This document shows positions 60,021 to 64,000 of a stretch of DNA of 64,000 bases, one piece after another (within the stretch, counting starts at the first letter, position 1; every line of letters begins with the position of its first letter). The DNA comes from Laetmonice hystrix (Eukaryota). A program made the position numbers and the translations under genes. The DNA is taken from contig OZ249439.1 in NCBI GenBank assembly GCA_965235115.1, positions 2,728,001 through 2,792,000 on the forward strand. Direction: 5' to 3'. The notes beneath the pieces were generated by a model. It was not told where the DNA came from. It saw only the letters and a program-made list of their open reading frames with translations, and did no database searches.

Positions 60021-62748
60021 ATGTTGGCGGCAGTGGTAGCAGTTGTCGGTCTCCTCCTCATCTACCTGGCCCTCCGTAAGCCGAGACCCAAGTTGCCGCC
60101 AGGACCACCTGGGCTACCAATCTTGGGAAACACTCACCAGCTCGACAAGAAAGCTCCCTATCTGACGATCACAGAATGGAGTGAGAAATATGGGGATGTT
60201 TTCACGTTTAAGAACTTCACTCAGAATGTCGTGGTTCTGAACGACTATAAGACGATTCATGAAGCACTGGTGGTTCGCTCCAGTGATTTCGCAGGTCGTG
60301 CCCCCAACTACCGTGCCTCGACAATTTTCAAGTACTGCTCAGACATCGTCTTCGCGGACTTCACACCCAAGTGGATCTACACCAAGAAACTGTCCATGAC
60401 ATCGCTCAAGTCGTACGGGGATGGGCTCGCAAACCTAGAGGAAATCTCACTGGATTTGATCTCCGACATGCTGAAGGAACTGGAGAAAAAGGCTGGTCAT
60501 GGGACGCCAGTAGACATGAAGAGTACGGTCCACGCGTGTACTGGAGGAATTGTTTCCTCCGTGGTGAGTCTGACCATGGAGGAGTTAGTCAAGTCAACCC
60601 CAAGGGAAGCCCAAATAGTGTTTACTGCCTTGGCAATTTTCCGAAATTCTGACTTTACTTGTCATCTTAATTCTTAAAGACCACATCGACAAAAAGGAAT
60701 GATATCATTGGTCTCCCCTGGTTGCCCCCCCCCCCCCAGCTCCACCTCTGTAACTTACTGAAGTGAAAAGGCGATGAACTGACCGATTCCAATATGTCTT
60801 TGGGTATACAAACTCCACATTGTTACATACTTTTCCTCCAGCTCTGGGTATACAAACTCCACATTGTTACATACTTTTCCCTCCAGCTCTGGGTATACAA
60901 ACTCCACATTGTTACATACTTTTCCCTCCAGCTCTGGGGTCACAAACTCAAGCCGGAGGAGCTCCGTGTCATCCTCGACGTTGAGAGACTTTCCCTGGAG
61001 TTCCTAGACCCAAACGGCCGTGCAGGAGAACTTGAAATGTTTCCATTTTTGCGATATTTGCCATCACAGAACAAGAAATTATTATATGCCGTTCGAGATG
61101 CTTTTCATAAGTGCCACCCAGCCAAGAATGAGCAGTCGAGGGTAGGCTTATGTTTTGTTGGATTATCCCTATGTTTTTGGTAGCTTTTTTCACTATATTT
61201 TAAAATGTCCCACAAACTTACATTACGTATAATGTAATATAAGTCTGACCTTGGGAGAATTGTCGTCAATGTCATTACGAGATATGAGAGCAATGTCAGC
61301 TGTGTTCGTTCAGGCTCAGTGTGACGGACGAGAGCCAGTTTGTATGATGGAAGCGATCATCGCACAGCAACAACGGGGGATGATGGATAAAGGTCAACCG
61401 GTGCTAACTAAAGGTGATGTGGACGCCATCAGCATAAACGTGATCGAGGCAGGTACGTACTGTGACGTCAGTGTGACGTCACGTCACTTGCCGTCACGTC
61501 ACTCATTCAGTGGAAGGTGCACATGTAGGTCCGGAGTGATCTTTTTGACCAGCAAGTGCCCTTTTAAATTGACGCTGTTTTTATATCGCCTGACAAATGC
61601 CCATCGGGAGCTCTCTTCAATAGTAATTCCTATCGCTAAAACAGTTAGCGAGGAGATCACGTAATAAGAAATTTGAAGAATGTGATTCAATGTTTCCGTA
61701 GGAACCATGACCACCTCGACGACGATGAGTGTCCTGACTGCGGTCTTGGTAAACAAACCTGAGATTCAGACGAGGATGAGATCCGACATTCAAACAGTGA
61801 TCGGAAACCGTCTACCCCGACTCAAGGACAGGTCATCTCTGCCGTACGTGGAGGCGTCCATCCTGGAGTCTCTCCGCTACTCGTCCATCCTTCCACTACT
61901 CATCCCGCACACTGCGACCACAGACACGACCATGGATGGATACGATATACCCAAGGGAACGATGGTATACACCAACACAACCAGACCACTCTGAATCATA
62001 GCGCTAAGTTTCAACCAATAAAAAGTCTTGTATGAAAACGAGGCATTCAGCGACATGTTTTTTCAAAAGGGAAATGATTTTTCAGTGCGTGCTATCTTTA
62101 GATTGTTACGCGTAAAATTGTCCTTGCGTCTTGTAGTCTGATGCGTTTTATGTAGTACAGTTTCCGGCGATGTGTCACGTAATATAAGCCATGTATGTGA
62201 CCGCCAGGTGATGGTCAATGCCTGGAAACTCCACCACAGTGAGAAATACTGGGACGAGCCATGGGAGTTCCGTCCGGAGAGATTTCTGTCTGATGATGGC
62301 ACACTGGTTCCTCCAGATCATATCAACAGGAAGAGGTAGGCAGGAAGTGGCCATAGATTTATTTTTTCACCGTGTAAAATTTTCCATGCGATTTAAGGTG
62401 AAGTTGTACCAGGTTTATCTGTACCAGAGAGGATGACTCGAGGAACCATTCCATTTCCAATTACATGTATATGTCTATTTGGAGATTCCAAGAGCCTTAG
62501 CTGTGATGAGCGTCGTATAATCGGTTGTAATCTTCAGGTTGATGCCGTTTGGTGCCGGGAGACGGGTGTGTCTAGGCGAGGTGCTGGCCAGGAATCGTCT
62601 CTTCCTGCTTCTGGTCGCCATCATACAGAGGTTTGTGATCCACCCGGAGTCGGAGGACAAGTTACCCGACTGTGACCCCCGTGGGTACGACACGGGCCTA
62701 GTTATCGCCCCCAAACCCTTCAACGTTCGACTTGTAACCATCGACTAG
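60021..62748 (+). CDS. Cytochrome P450, clan 2 (CYP17/CYP1-like), copy B, 497 aa
   Basis: Exons 60021-60563, 60932-61141, 61314-61452, 61702-61964, 62208-62335, 62538-62748; exon lengths identical to copy A and the same motifs (AGTMTT, ESLR, PERF, FGAGRRVCLG). Confidence 0.95.
60800..60949 (+). repeat. 45-bp acceptor-spanning repeat before CYP-B exon 2 (3 acceptors)
   Basis: Acceptors at 60842, 60887 and 60932. Confidence 0.9.
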
Positions 62749-64000
62749 CAAACTACCATCTTCTCTACCTGCTGACTGAAGCAGAGATTTCGTGTAGAGG
62801 AGAACTCCATATTATTCAGAGGACTTATTCCTTATAGAGGCTAATCTCGAGTATGCTGTAATGTTAAGAAAAAATGTTCTAACTCCCTGTGAGGCTACAG
62901 GCAGAGACGATGTATGACGACGATAGGTCTTCGTACTACATTAACGTCCTTTACCTACTACATTTTATAATTCTCATATCTGCCAGATGGCTTTGATACA
63001 TATCTTTTCTACATGGAACATGTCAACTTGACGAAGTCTGCACTGTATTAAACTGACACAATCACATTATAAACTGAGACAAGACGACGAGTTTTTCGAC
63101 ATTTTCCAGGAGCGTGAATACCCTGCTTGAGCTATGTTTGAGAGTAGAGGTTGCAATGGCAATGGGTTTCCCAGGTTTGTTTTGGTGGGAGACAACTCTA
63201 CAGTGATCTGGAAAAACCTAGCAAGTCCACTTTGCCTCATTTTCAGAAAACTGGGACAAACAAACCATTCCTCCCATTGAGGTGATGCAAACGCTAGTTT
63301 TTTTTTCAGGTCAATAACTATGAATTGTGTAGAGTTTTGATCACTTGTATAGGACTATATGAAAGGACAAAACCTAGTTAGTCCAAAAATTGGACAAAAA
63401 CTCGACTTACTAGGTTTTTTCAAACTTTCGCCATTATAATGCGCTTCCGTTCGCTTCGTTTCCATTCACACTTGCGTCAAATTGCGAACTGAAGCGAAGC
63501 GTATTCTGGAATTGACGTCGGGTATTCGCTTCTAAAACGCATGAAATCGCTTCAATGCGCATTGGACCTCTAGTGAATGGTACGGATTCTGGAATGCACA
63601 TCAATGTGCTTTAAAGCGCATTCTGGGGTCTAGTGTGAAAAGGACATTAGAGGGCGACAGGCGGGCGTCTTGAGCCGGAACGAAAAGGAATGTCGGTCTG
63701 AATCGTTTTTTTCAATTTGTTGTTTTGTTTAGAAAACGAATGTTCATCACTCTTAACGTTCACCGCGTAAAAGTGGAAAATTAAATACGACTCCAATAAT
63801 AGAAGCGATATATACGTAAGCCCTCCCAAGTACCCAATAAAAGTCTACTGCACAGTATGAGTGTTTTTATTAATAATTGACCATATTTATCCAACTCCAC
63901 CGCCTTGTTTTCTTCAGTAAACGACTTAGGATTCTATACCGATACAATCAGGTTTCAGATTAAAGCTTCGTGTTAGTGTGATTGCTAACATGAGCCCCTG

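Larger units (their letters stand above)
48533..64000 (+). repeat. Tandem segmental duplication, unit B (enlarged by TE insertions)
   Basis: The window end (...gctaacatgagcccctg) equals 48510-48526, the end of unit A. Confidence 0.9.

Overview
Repeat-rich metazoan genomic DNA with spliceosomal introns; the species cannot be determined, and an invertebrate origin is an inference. No rRNA, tRNA or CRISPR array was seen. (1) Positions 1-39 kb hold two tandem paralogous multi-exon genes for 4-TM membrane proteins resembling LAPTM4/Mtp or DUF7027 proteins. Each has a cytosolic tail with PPPY-x3-PPPY. Gene 1 is 5'-partial (exons <1-5, 8965-9072, 11648-11707, 18844-18939, 19775-20257). Gene 2 spans 26529-38977 and has a CLEAR-type E-box upstream. 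About half of the first 36 kb is made of unrelated minisatellite arrays. (2) Positions 39.7-64 kb are a tandem duplication (unit A 39737-48532, unit B 48533 to past the window end), each unit carrying an intact 6-exon, 497-aa clan-2 (CYP17/CYP1-like) cytochrome P450. Unit B alone carries a full-length intact CR1/L2-type LINE with an esterase ORF1 (48677-53278), a 3'-truncated LINE and two MITEs; the empty sites are visible in unit A. The most striking pattern is three independent tandem arrays whose unit is a complete 3' splice site plus the first codons of the downstream exon (8 copies, ~97 copies, and 2 vs 3 copies), with only the last copy continuing into the real exon. Most ORFs in the supplied track are artefacts of tandem repeats.
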